Of a stretch of DNA of 64,000 nucleotides, positions 27,781 through 37,027 are shown in pieces. Position 1 is the first letter of the stretch, and each line of letters opens with the position of its first letter. The stretch lies in assembly GCF_039541115.1 (NCBI RefSeq), contig NZ_BAABFP010000005.1, positions 930,001 through 994,000 on the forward strand, in the 5' to 3' direction. This DNA comes from Angustibacter luteus (GTDB lineage: Bacteria > Actinomycetota > Actinomycetes > Actinomycetales > Angustibacteraceae). The notes under the pieces are model-generated. The model was not told the origin of the DNA, made no database searches, and was given only the letters and a program-made list of their open reading frames with translations. The translations under genes were made by a program, and so were the position numbers.

Positions 27781-29826
27781 TCAGGCCACCTTCCCGTGGG
27801 ACTGCCGGTCGCGGACCACCTGGGTCAACGAGCCGGCCGCCAGGTCGGGCAGGGCCAGGTACTCGGCTGCCAGGTCGTCCGCGAGCTGTCGGGCGAGGCC
27901 GAGCGAGACCGTGCCGAAACCCGTTGCCTCGCAGTCGATCACGACGGTGGCGATGCCGCGCTCACGAATCAGCTGGGCGGCGGCCCGGGACCGGCGGACC
28001 GCATCGGGGCCGGCAGTGGCCCGGCCGTCGGTGACCACCACGAGCAGCGGGCGCCGGGTGGCGTCCTTGAGCTGCTCGACCCGGACGACGTCCGCGGCGC
28101 GCAGCAGTCCCTCGGCCAGCGGGGTGCGTCCCCCGGCCGTCAGGTGCCGCAGCCGCGCGGCGGCCGCCTCGACGCTGGACGTCGGCGGCAGCACGAGCTC
28201 GGCCCCCGTCCCGCGGAAGGTGACGAGCCCGACCTTGTCGCGACGCTGGTAGGCGTCGAGGAGCAGGCTGAGCACGGCGGTCTTGACCTCTCGCAGCCGT
28301 TGCCGCGCCGCCATCGAGCCGCTCGCGTCCACCGCGAGCAGCACCAGGTTTCCCTCGCGGCCCTCGCGGACGGGTAGCCGCAGGTCCGACCGGTGCACCA
28401 GCAGGCCGGGGCCGGTCCGGCCGCGGGCCCGCTGGTGCGGGGCGGCCGTGCTGAGCGTCGCGAGCAGGTGCGGCCGGCCGCCTTCGCCGGCGTCCGGGCG
28501 GCGGGCGCCCACCGTGCGTCCGGTGCTCGTGATCGCGCGGCCGCGACGTCCGGACACGCCGACCCCGCTGCCCGACACCGTCAGCAGACGCGCGCGGTAG
28601 GGCTCCCCCGCCTCCGCGTGCGCCCTTTGCTTGGCACGGGGGTCCCCCGCGCCACTAGGTTCGTCACTGGGTGCCCCCGCTCCATCCGGAAGTGCGTCGC
28701 TGGGGGCCCCCACTTCATCGGTGGGGCTGGGGTCCGCGCCGTTGCCGCCGTCGGGGCCGGGGTCCGGCGGGGTGGGGTCATCATCCGGGTCATCGTCCGG
28801 GGGCTGCGGCGCACCGGCATCGAGCGCGTCCTCGAGTCGCTGCTCGTCCAGGCCGGGCGGGTCGAACGGGTCACGGCGCGCCCGGTGCGGCAGGGCCAGC
28901 CGCGCGGCCGCCCGGACGTCCTCGGTCTCCACGACCCGCCGTCCGTGCCACGCGGCGTGCGCCACCGCGGCGCGGGCGGTCACCAGGTCGGCGCGCAGCC
29001 CGTCGACCCCGAACGCCGCGCACACCTCGGCGACCTGCCGCAGCGCCGCATCGGTCAGGACGACGTCCGCGACCAGCCGCTGCGCGCGGGCGATGCGCGC
29101 GGCCAGCTCGGTCTCGTCGTCCGCCCAACGCTGCGCGAAGGCGGCCGGGTCGGCCTCGTACGTCAGCCGCCGCCGAACCACCTCGACCCGGCTCGCCGCG
29201 TCCCGGCTGGCCGCGACCTGCACCGTGAGCCCGAACCGGTCCAGCAGCTGCGGTCGCAGCTCGCCCTCCTCCGGGTTCATCGTGCCGACGAGCACGAACC
29301 GCGCCGCGTGGGACGCCGAGACCCCTTCACGCTCCACGGTCGAGCGGCCCATCGCCGCGGCGTCCAGGAGCACGTCGACCAGGTGGTCGGCGAGCAGGTT
29401 GACCTCGTCGACGTAGAGCACGCCGCGGTGCGCCCCGGCCAGCAGCCCCGGCTCGTAGACGGTCTCGCCGTGCGCCAGGGCGCGCTCCAGGTGCAGGGAC
29501 CCGAGCACGCGGTCCTCGGTGGCCCCCACGGGCAGCTCCACGAGCCGGGCCGGACGGCGTGCGGCCGACACCGGCGGGGGGTGCGGGCCGTCAGGGCAGT
29601 CCGGGTCGGGCGTCACGGGGTCGCAGGAAAACCGGCAGCCGCTGACGACGTCCACGTCGGGCAGCAGCCCGGCCAGGGCGCGGACCATCGTGGACTTGGC
29701 CGTGCCCTTCTCGCCGCGCACCAGCACCCCGCCGACCGCTGGGGACACGGCGCTGAGCACCAGGGCGAGCCGCAGGTCGTCCATGCCGACGACCGCCGTG
29801 AACGGGTAGCGCGTCGAGATGCTCAT
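27781..29826 (-). CDS. ChlI/ChlD-like chelatase subunit (AAA+ domain, Pro/Asp linker, vWA domain), putative cobaltochelatase partner of CobN
   Basis: RGEKGTAKS Walker A, YVDEVNLL, NPEEGELRPQLLDRFG, acidic Pro-rich linker, DASGSM MIDAS, TDGR; coupled to cobN. Confidence 0.88.
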   Translation of the reverse strand: MSISTRYPFTAVVGMDDLRLALVLSAVSPAVGGVLVRGEKGTAKSTMVRALAGLLPDVDVVSGCRFSCDPVTPDPDCPDGPHPPPVSAARRPARLVELPVGATEDRVLGSLHLERALAHGETVYEPGLLAGAHRGVLYVDEVNLLADHLVDVLLDAAAMGRSTVEREGVSASHAARFVLVGTMNPEEGELRPQLLDRFGLTVQVAASRDAASRVEVVRRRLTYEADPAAFAQRWADDETELAARIARAQRLVADVVLTDAALRQVAEVCAAFGVDGLRADLVTARAAVAHAAWHGRRVVETEDVRAAARLALPHRARRDPFDPPGLDEQRLEDALDAGAPQPPDDDPDDDPTPPDPGPDGGNGADPSPTDEVGAPSDALPDGAGAPSDEPSGAGDPRAKQRAHAEAGEPYRARLLTVSGSGVGVSGRRGRAITSTGRTVGARRPDAGEGGRPHLLATLSTAAPHQRARGRTGPGLLVHRSDLRLPVREGREGNLVLLAVDASGSMAARQRLREVKTAVLSLLLDAYQRRDKVGLVTFRGTGAELVLPPTSSVEAAAARLRHLTAGGRTPLAEGLLRAADVVRVEQLKDATRRPLLVVVTDGRATAGPDAVRRSRAAAQLIRERGIATVVIDCEATGFGTVSLGLARQLADDLAAEYLALPDLAAGSLTQVVRDRQSHGKVA

Positions 29827-32800
29827 GAGCCCTCCCCCTCGAGGTCGCCCTCGGTCTCCAAGATGGCGTCCTGCAGGACCTGCATCGACTCAGGTGACGG
29901 CTCGGCCCACAGGCCGCGCTGCGCTGCCTCGACCAGCCGTTCCGCGATCCCCTTGCGGGCCCACGGGTTCGAGCGCTTCATGAAGGCGCTGACCTCCGGG
30001 TCCTGCACGTACTCGCGGGTCAGGCTCTCGTACATCCAGTCGTCGACCACACCGGCCGTGGCGTCGTAGCCGAACAGGTAGTCCACCGTCGCGGCCATCT
30101 CGAAGGCACCCTTGTAGCCGTGCCGCTGCATCGCGGCGATCCACCGCGGGTTCACCACCCGCGCGCGGAACACCCGCTTCGTCTCCTCGCCGAGGGTGCG
30201 GGTGCGGACCTGGTCCGGCACGGCCGAGTCGCCGACGTACGCGGCGGGGTCGCTGCCGGTCAGGTGCCGCACCATCGCGACCATCCCGCCGTGGTACTGG
30301 AAGTAGTCGTCCGAGTCGACGATGTCGTGCTCGCGGGTGTCCTGGTTCTTGGCCGCGACCTGCATCCGCGCGTAGGTGCGCTCCATGTCGCCGCGGGCCG
30401 GGGCACCGTCCAGTCCGCGGCCGTAGGCGTAGCCGCCCCACACGGCGTACACCTCGGCGAGGTCGGCGTCCGAGCGCCAGGACCGCGAGTCCATCAGCGG
30501 CAGCAGACCGGCGCCGTAGGCCCCCGGCTTCGAACCGAACACCCGCGCACTGGCTCGACGGGGCTCGACGCCGGCCGCCACGTCGGCGCCGACGTGCGCC
30601 CGCACGTAGTTGTCGTCGGCCGCCTCGTCGAGCTCGGCGACCAGCTGCACGGCGTCGTCCAGCATCGTCACGACGTGCGGGAACGCCTCGCGGAAGAAGC
30701 CTGAGATGCGGATCGTGACGTCGACCCGCGGCCGACCGAGCTCGGCCAGCGGCACGACCTCGAGGCCGGTGACCCGCCGCGAGGCGTCGTCCCAGACCGG
30801 CCGGACGCCCAGCAGCCAGAGCAGCTCCGCGACGTCGTCCCCCTGGGTGCGCATGCAGGCGGTGCCCCAGACCGACAGGCCCACCGAGCGGGGGCACGCG
30901 CCGGTGTCCGCGACGTGCCGGGCGATCAGCGACTCGGCCAGTGCGACGCCGGTGTCCCAGGACGTGCGGGACGGCACGGCCTTCGGGTCGACCGCGTAGA
31001 AGTTGCGGCCGGTCGGCAGCACGTTCACCAATCCGCGGGTCGGCGAGCCCGACGGGCCGGCCGGCACGAAGCCGCCGCCGAGCGCGTGCAGCACGTTGTC
31101 CACCTCGTCGGTGGTCCTCGCCAGCCGCGGCACCACCTCGGTCGCACCGAACTCCAGCACCCGCACGACCTCGGAGACCTTCTCCCCCAGCACTTCCACG
31201 CTCACGTCCGCGCAGCGGTCCGGCGCCCAGCCGAGCGTCTCCATCGAGAGGACGAGTCGCCGTGCGAGACCTTCCAAAAGGTCGACGACGTCCGCGCCGG
31301 TGCGGCACGGACCGTCCACCAGCCTCGACAGCGCCGACGCCCCCAGCACGTCGGCGCCGTCGAGGGCGGCCCCCGGCTCGCGTAGCAGCACGGCCTCGTC
31401 CAACCCCACCCAGGACGCGATCGCGCTGCGCAGCCCCGGGAACGCCTGGGTGCGGCCGCCCCAGACCTGGGCGGCCCGCAGCACGGCCAGGACGAGGTTG
31501 ACCCGGCCCTCGCCGACCGGGCCCTGCCCGAGCACGTGCAGACCGTCCCGGATCTGCACGTCCTTCACCTCGCAGAGGTAGCCGTCGATGTGCAGCACGA
31601 AGTCGTCGAACGCCTCGTCGTCGGGTGCCTCCTGCACGTGCAGGTCGTGGTGCAGCTGCGCCGTCTGCACGAGATCCCAGATCTGCGCGCGCAGCACCGG
31701 GGTCTTGTCCGGGTCGAGGGCCTGCACGAGCGCGTACTCGTCGAGCAGCTGCTCGAGCTTGGCCATGTCCCCGTACGTCTCGGCCCGGGCCATCGGCGGC
31801 ACCAGGTGGTCGACCACGGTGGCGTGCGCCCGCCGCTTGGCCTGGGTGCCCTCCCCCGGGTCGTTGACGATGAACGGGTACACCAGCGGCAGGTCGCCGA
31901 GGACCGCGTCCGGCGCGCAGGAGGCCGACAGCCCGATCCCTTTGCCCGGCAACCACTCCAGCGTGCCGTGCTTGCCGAGGTGCACCACGGCGTGCGCACC
32001 GAAACCGCCGTCCTCCGGCGACGCCTCCAGCCAGCGGTAGGCGGCGAGGTAGTGGTGCGAGGGCGCCATGTCCGGGTCGTGGTAGATCGCCACCGGGTTC
32101 TCGCCGAAGCCGCGCGGCGGCTGGATCATCAGCACCACGTTGCCGAACTGCAGCGCGGCCATCGCGATGGCCGGCTCGTCGCCGGACTCGTCCACGTAGA
32201 GCCGGCCGGGCGCCTCGCCCCAGGCCTGCTCCATCGCTGCCCGCAGCTCGGGGGTGAGCCGACCGAACCACCGCCGGTACGTCGCGCCCGGCACCTTGGC
32301 GACGGCGGAGGCGAGCTGCTCGTCCGTGAGCCACTCGACGTCGTGGCCTCCGGCAGCGATCAGCGCATGGATCAACGCGTCGCCGTCCCCGTCGAAGCCA
32401 CCGCCGACGTCGTACCCGCTGCGCCGCAGCGCATCCAGCAGGACGACGGCACTGGCCGGGGTGTCCAGGCCCACCGCGTTGCCGATCCGCGCGTGCTTGG
32501 TCGGGTAGGACGAGAGCACCAGGGCGATGCGGCGCTCGGCCGCCGGGACGTGCCGCAGGCGACCCATCGCGACGGCGAGGCCGGCCAGGCGCAGGCAGCG
32601 CTCGACGTCCGGCACGTACAGCGGCACCGGCCCCCGGTCGAGCTCCTTGAACGAGAACGGGACGCCGATCAGCCGGCCGTCGAACTCCGGGATCGCCACC
32701 TGGGTCGCGGCGTCGAGCGGGCTCACGGCAGCGTCGGAGGCGAGCCACGCCGCCCGCGAGCTGGTCAGGGCCAGACCCTGCAGGACCGGCACGTCCAGCG

Positions 32801-33554
32801 AGGCCAGCGCCCCGGCGTCCCAGGTCTCGTCCTCGCCGCCGGCGCCGGCGGCCGCCGCGACCGTGCCGCCGGACGCCAGCACGGTCGTCACCAGGACGTC
32901 GCACCGCCGCAGGTGCTCGAGCAGCTCGGCGCCGTCCGGGTCGTCGAGCGAGAGCCCGCGCAGGGACCCGCAGAAGATCGGCAGTGGCTGGCCACCGCGG
33001 GCCACGACGGCCTCGCAGAGTCCGTCCACGAACGCGGTGTTCCCGCTGAGCTCGTGCGCGCGGTAGAAGACGATGCCCACCACCGGGCGGACGCCGGCCA
33101 CGTCGAGGACCGGCGCGACCGGCGTCCACTCGTGCACGCCGTGCTGCGGCATCGCCTGCGGCGGCTCGAAGCAGGCACCGTCCAGCAGCACCGTGTCGCC
33201 CAGGAACGCGGCGAGCTCGCGCAGGTTGTCGACGCCACCCTCGACGAGGTAGCTCAGGGCCTCGGTGACCAGCCCGGACGGCATCGTGCTCAGGGCCTGC
33301 AGGGGCGCATCGGGGCCGCCCTCCCCGCTCATCACGGCCACCGGGAGACGCGTGGCGAGCAGCGCGTCCAGGCCCTCCGGCCAGGCCTGACGACCACCGA
33401 GCAGCCGGACGACGACGAGGTCGACACCGTGCAGCAGGTCGGGGACGTCGTCCACCGTCAGCCGGGCGGGGTTGGCCACCTGCCACGCACCGCTGCGATG
33501 GGCAGCCAGCAGGTCCGTGTCGGAGGTGGAGAGCAAAAGCAGTCGCGAGGCCAC
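29823..33554 (-). CDS. cobN: Cobaltochelatase subunit CobN
   Basis: LLSTSDTDL, QVAIPEFDG, HLGKHGTLEWLPGK, DPGEGTQAKRR, LPTGRNFY, DSDDYFQYHGG; GAGGAGG SD before GTG 33554. Confidence 0.95.
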   Translation of the reverse strand: MASRLLLLSTSDTDLLAAHRSGAWQVANPARLTVDDVPDLLHGVDLVVVRLLGGRQAWPEGLDALLATRLPVAVMSGEGGPDAPLQALSTMPSGLVTEALSYLVEGGVDNLRELAAFLGDTVLLDGACFEPPQAMPQHGVHEWTPVAPVLDVAGVRPVVGIVFYRAHELSGNTAFVDGLCEAVVARGGQPLPIFCGSLRGLSLDDPDGAELLEHLRRCDVLVTTVLASGGTVAAAAGAGGEDETWDAGALASLDVPVLQGLALTSSRAAWLASDAAVSPLDAATQVAIPEFDGRLIGVPFSFKELDRGPVPLYVPDVERCLRLAGLAVAMGRLRHVPAAERRIALVLSSYPTKHARIGNAVGLDTPASAVVLLDALRRSGYDVGGGFDGDGDALIHALIAAGGHDVEWLTDEQLASAVAKVPGATYRRWFGRLTPELRAAMEQAWGEAPGRLYVDESGDEPAIAMAALQFGNVVLMIQPPRGFGENPVAIYHDPDMAPSHHYLAAYRWLEASPEDGGFGAHAVVHLGKHGTLEWLPGKGIGLSASCAPDAVLGDLPLVYPFIVNDPGEGTQAKRRAHATVVDHLVPPMARAETYGDMAKLEQLLDEYALVQALDPDKTPVLRAQIWDLVQTAQLHHDLHVQEAPDDEAFDDFVLHIDGYLCEVKDVQIRDGLHVLGQGPVGEGRVNLVLAVLRAAQVWGGRTQAFPGLRSAIASWVGLDEAVLLREPGAALDGADVLGASALSRLVDGPCRTGADVVDLLEGLARRLVLSMETLGWAPDRCADVSVEVLGEKVSEVVRVLEFGATEVVPRLARTTDEVDNVLHALGGGFVPAGPSGSPTRGLVNVLPTGRNFYAVDPKAVPSRTSWDTGVALAESLIARHVADTGACPRSVGLSVWGTACMRTQGDDVAELLWLLGVRPVWDDASRRVTGLEVVPLAELGRPRVDVTIRISGFFREAFPHVVTMLDDAVQLVAELDEAADDNYVRAHVGADVAAGVEPRRASARVFGSKPGAYGAGLLPLMDSRSWRSDADLAEVYAVWGGYAYGRGLDGAPARGDMERTYARMQVAAKNQDTREHDIVDSDDYFQYHGGMVAMVRHLTGSDPAAYVGDSAVPDQVRTRTLGEETKRVFRARVVNPRWIAAMQRHGYKGAFEMAATVDYLFGYDATAGVVDDWMYESLTREYVQDPEVSAFMKRSNPWARKGIAERLVEAAQRGLWAEPSPESMQVLQDAILETEGDLEGEGS

Positions 33555-33601
33555 GTAGGGCCGTCCCTCCTCGGGGTACCGCGCCCCGAAGCCGAAGGTC
33601 G

Positions 33602-33772
33602 CGACGGCTGCAGTCTCCTGACTCCCGGATCGACGCGGTCGCTCCGCCTTCCCGGGGGCAAGCCCCCAGTGGCTGCTCCGCCGGTCATACCCGGCGGTGC
33701 GTGGTGCGACCACTCCCCGGTCACAGTGGCGGGACCGTCCCGGATTCTCACCGGGTTCCTGCCGTGCCGTCG
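33602..33772 (-). promoter_or_regulatory. Cobalamin (AdoCbl-type, long form) riboswitch upstream of cobN
   Basis: Minus strand AGGAACCCGGTGAGAATCCGGGACGGTCCCGCCACTGT...GCCACTG...GGGAAGGC...AGTCAGGAGAC; downstream hairpin CGGGG/CCCCG abutting the SD; TAGGGT -10 at 33791-33786. Confidence 0.93.
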
Positions 33773-33827
33773 TTGGTCAGGGCCGACCCTATCGGCCCGG
33801 CCCCCTGCCCAGCCACCCACCCAGCGG

Positions 33828-34430
33828 TCACGCGCTGGTCAGGTCAGAGCCTTCCCTTCGGGGCGGCCGACGCAGGTCGATGGGCCGGCCGAGCACCGCC
33901 TCGAACTCACGCGCGCGCCTCGTCGCCGTCACGAGGACGTCCTCCGACTCCCTGGGTGAGATGGGCAGGACACGGCCGCCGTGCAGGGCGTCCAGCGCCT
34001 GCTCGACGTCGTCCTGCGCGCCGATGTCGCGCGCGAGCAGCAGCGCCTTCACCAGCCGGGCGGGGTAGGCCTGGTAGTGCCAGAGGTACACGTCACCGGA
34101 GCCCACATCACCCTCTGCGAGCAGCAGTCGGCAGAGCTCTCGCCTGCTCGTCACGAGCGCGACGGCCCGACCCAGGCCCGCCGCGAGGCCCTCCACCAGG
34201 CCGGTCGCCACGCGGCTGGCCGTCGGCCAGGCGGCTACGGTCCCGTCCGGGTTCCCGGTCCGCGGACGAAACGCCAGCGAGACCCCGAGGCGAGGTAGAC
34301 CACGTACCTGAGGCCGTGCTCGTCCCAGGTGGCGGTCCGCTTGCGCGCGTCGACTGCGGCGTCCTGAGGGATCACTCCCGCAGGGACCAGGGCGCTCAGG
34401 ATCTTCGACGTGGGCGTACGGCGCGCGACC
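33828..34430 (-). pseudogene. Probable frameshifted hypothetical gene (two fragments)
   Basis: One coding-like frame (VARRTPTSKIL...YVVYLA) ends at TAG 34235; a second frame (GVSLAFRPRTGNPDG...) continues into ORF 33828..34211; switch near 34285. Upstream end is approximate. Confidence 0.4.
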
Positions 34431-34470
34431 GCATGCCTCCTGCCGGATATCTGCGTCCCGCTCGACACGA

Positions 34471-35016
34471 CTATCGCGGGTCGTTCTGCAGCTGGAACTG
34501 GCCGTTCCCCGCGATCGCCAGCAGCCGTAGCCCGCCGGCTGCCGACTCCCGGACCCCCCGCGAGTGGTAGCGCAGCACCGAGTCGGTCGCTCCGGTGAAC
34601 GGAAGGGTCAGCGTCACGGGTGCCCGCGTGAGAGAGCGCTTGGCTCGGGTGAGCGCCGTCCGCCACATCTGCGCGACCTCCGGGGACGTCGAGCAACCGT
34701 CGAGCGAGGCTTCGCGCAGTCCCTCCTCGTTCGAGATCGGAAGCGTCAGCCGCAGTGCATCCGGGTGACGACGGAGGAAGTCGGTTGAGCGGTCGACCGG
34801 CTGCCGAATGCCACCGACGACCAGGTTCAAGCGGTCGACCGAGAGGCCACCGGTAACCGCTTGCGCCCACCCGTCGTCACGCCTCAGCTCGTGAACGGCG
34901 TACTCCGGGAAGAAGGTCTCCGCGGCCAGCGTGCCGCTGAGCCCTTCGGTCCACGCCGCGAAGAGGCCCGCTGCCTCGTCGGGCAGGCAGTGGAACTGCA
35001 GATGGGTCGTCGCCAC
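34471..35016 (-). CDS. Hypothetical protein
   Basis: Globular-looking 181 aa ORF (VATTHLQFHCLPDE...); TACAAC 6 nt upstream of GTG 35016; no family recognised. Confidence 0.6.
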   Translation of the reverse strand: MATTHLQFHCLPDEAAGLFAAWTEGLSGTLAAETFFPEYAVHELRRDDGWAQAVTGGLSVDRLNLVVGGIRQPVDRSTDFLRRHPDALRLTLPISNEEGLREASLDGCSTSPEVAQMWRTALTRAKRSLTRAPVTLTLPFTGATDSVLRYHSRGVRESAAGGLRLLAIAGNGQFQLQNDPR

Positions 35017-35075
35017 CGGTCTGTTGTACCGCATCGACAGCGTCGGTCGGGGGGCCGGAGCTTGCCTGTCCCGCT

Positions 35076-35549
35076 CTACTCCTGCTCGGGAACCCACCAG
35101 TTGAGGGGCGTCTCGCCGTCCTCGTCGTAGACGTTGCCGTAGAACCACTCGACCTCCGGATGCCGCTGCGTGAGGCCGTTGGCCAGCCCCTCGATGGCGG
35201 CGAAACCCGCGGTCACGGGGATCGAGAAGATGGTCAGCTGCGGAGCCCGACCATCCAGGGCGCCGCCGAGCTGGGCGACCTGGTCAACGAGCGTGTCCGC
35301 CACCGCGTGCGGCCCGTGCACCTGAAACGCGACGACGCCCCCACGCCGGACGACCTCGACGCGTTCTCGCGAGCGATCGAAGCGCACGACGTCGTCGCGG
35401 GCGACGCCCAGGACCAACCCCGGCGAACGCAGGAGTCGGTACGTGCCTTCGGGAGTCCGTTCCACCAACAGGCTCTCGTAGACCGGCGTCCCGTCCTGCT
35501 TGTGGCCACTGATCACCCGGATGGTCGTCGAGCCCATCCCCTCGCTCAT
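35076..35549 (-). CDS. DUF4265-like protein
   Basis: YESL..E...YRLLRSPGLVLGVARDDVV, RRGG, WFYGNVYD..G.TPLNWW; ATGA overlap with the cobQ stop. Confidence 0.7.
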   Translation of the reverse strand: MSEGMGSTTIRVISGHKQDGTPVYESLLVERTPEGTYRLLRSPGLVLGVARDDVVRFDRSRERVEVVRRGGVVAFQVHGPHAVADTLVDQVAQLGGALDGRAPQLTIFSIPVTAGFAAIEGLANGLTQRHPEVEWFYGNVYDEDGETPLNWWVPEQE

Positions 35550-37027
35550 CTGGACCGCCCGCCCTCGATCAGCCGCCAGATCGCGTCAGTGTCGAGATTC
35601 TCCTCGACCGCGTCGGCGAGCCGGTCGATCATCTGCTCGCGGACCTCGACGAAACCCGGTGCACCAGAAGGCGTCCAGCGCAGCCCGGCCTGAAGCGCCG
35701 CCTGCTCCAGCCAGGCCCGCCGGAACGCGTCGTTCTCGAAGGCACCGTGCCAGGTGGTCCCCCAGACCGGTCCGCGCCGCCACCCGTCGAGAAACGGTTC
35801 GACGTCGTCCGCCGACGCGAGCTTGTGCGCGACGCCGTGGTGGATCTCGTACGCGGTCACGGGGGTACCCTGCCAGCTGCCGGTCGGCCGGCCCAGCACC
35901 TTGGCCCGCTCGAAGGTCACTGCGGTCGGCAGCAGGTCCAAGCCAGGCACCAGCCCGACCCCGGACTCCACGTCGTCCTCGATGGTGCGCGCCAGCATCT
36001 GGTAGCCGCCACAGATCCCCAGCACCGGTCGCCCGGCCCGCGCCCGCGCCACGACCGCGTCGGCCAGCCCCCGCTCTCGCAGCCACGCCAGGTCCGTTGC
36101 GGTGGAGCGGCTTCCGGGCAGGATGGCGATGTCCGCCGCCGCGACCACGTCGGGGTCCGCGGTGACCTCGACGGCGACACCGGGCTCGAGCGCGAGCGCG
36201 TCGACGTCCGTGGCGTTCGACACCCGGGGGAAGCGGACGACGGCGACGCGCAGCGTGCGCCCGACGGGTCGGCCATCCGGTCTACCCCGCCAACCGGCGA
36301 CGGCGAGCGCGTCCTCGGAGTCGATCCACACGTCGTCCAGCCAGGGCAGCACGCCCAGCACGGGGCGTCCGGTGCGTTCGGTCAGCGTGTCCAGTCCCGG
36401 CAGCAGCAGCCCGACGTCCCCGCGGAACTTGTTGACGACCCAGCCGGCGATCAGGGCCTGGTCGGCGAGGTCGAGCAGGGCGAGCGTCCCGTACATCGCG
36501 GCCAGGACGCCCCCGCGGTCGATGTCGCCGACCACCACGACCGGTAGCCGGCCGTGCTGGGCCAGCCCCATGTTCACGTAGTCCCCGTCGCGCAGGTTGA
36601 CCTCCGCCGGACTCCCAGCCCCCTCAGCCACGACGACGTCCACCCGCGAGCGCAGGTCGTCGAAGGCGGCGTAGGCGGCCTCGGCCAGGACCCGTCGTCC
36701 GGTGGCGAACTCGCCCGCCTCCAGCTCGCCGTACGGCTGACCCATCAGGACCACGTGGCTGCGCCGATCACTGCCGGGCTTGAGCAGCACCGGGTTCATC
36801 GCCACCTCGGGCTCCCGCCGCGCCGCGATCGCCTGCAGCCACTGCGCGCGGCCGATCTCGCCGCCGTCCGCGCAGACCATCGAGTTGTTCGACATGTTCT
36901 GCGACTTGAACGGGGCGACGGCCACCCCCTGCCGGGCCAGCCAGCGGCACAACGCCGTGGTGACCAGGGACTTCCCGGCGTCCGACGTCGTCCCGGCCAC
37001 GAGCAGCGCGCCGCGTCGCCGGTTCAC
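35546..37027 (-). CDS. cobQ: Cobyric acid synthase
   Basis: GTTSDAGKS, PFKSQNMSNNS, EGAGSPAEVNL, DIDRGG, GICGGYQML, YEIHHG; GTG 37027 overlaps the cobD stop. Confidence 0.95.
   Translation of the reverse strand: MNRRRGALLVAGTTSDAGKSLVTTALCRWLARQGVAVAPFKSQNMSNNSMVCADGGEIGRAQWLQAIAARREPEVAMNPVLLKPGSDRRSHVVLMGQPYGELEAGEFATGRRVLAEAAYAAFDDLRSRVDVVVAEGAGSPAEVNLRDGDYVNMGLAQHGRLPVVVVGDIDRGGVLAAMYGTLALLDLADQALIAGWVVNKFRGDVGLLLPGLDTLTERTGRPVLGVLPWLDDVWIDSEDALAVAGWRGRPDGRPVGRTLRVAVVRFPRVSNATDVDALALEPGVAVEVTADPDVVAAADIAILPGSRSTATDLAWLRERGLADAVVARARAGRPVLGICGGYQMLARTIEDDVESGVGLVPGLDLLPTAVTFERAKVLGRPTGSWQGTPVTAYEIHHGVAHKLASADDVEPFLDGWRRGPVWGTTWHGAFENDAFRRAWLEQAALQAGLRWTPSGAPGFVEVREQMIDRLADAVEENLDTDAIWRLIEGGRSR

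Noticed and set aside
29890..33486. 1198-aa ORF overlapping cobN in another frame, and similar long Arg/Gly/Pro-rich ORFs elsewhere
   Set aside because: Off-frame shadow of a GC-rich gene with low-complexity composition and no motifs.
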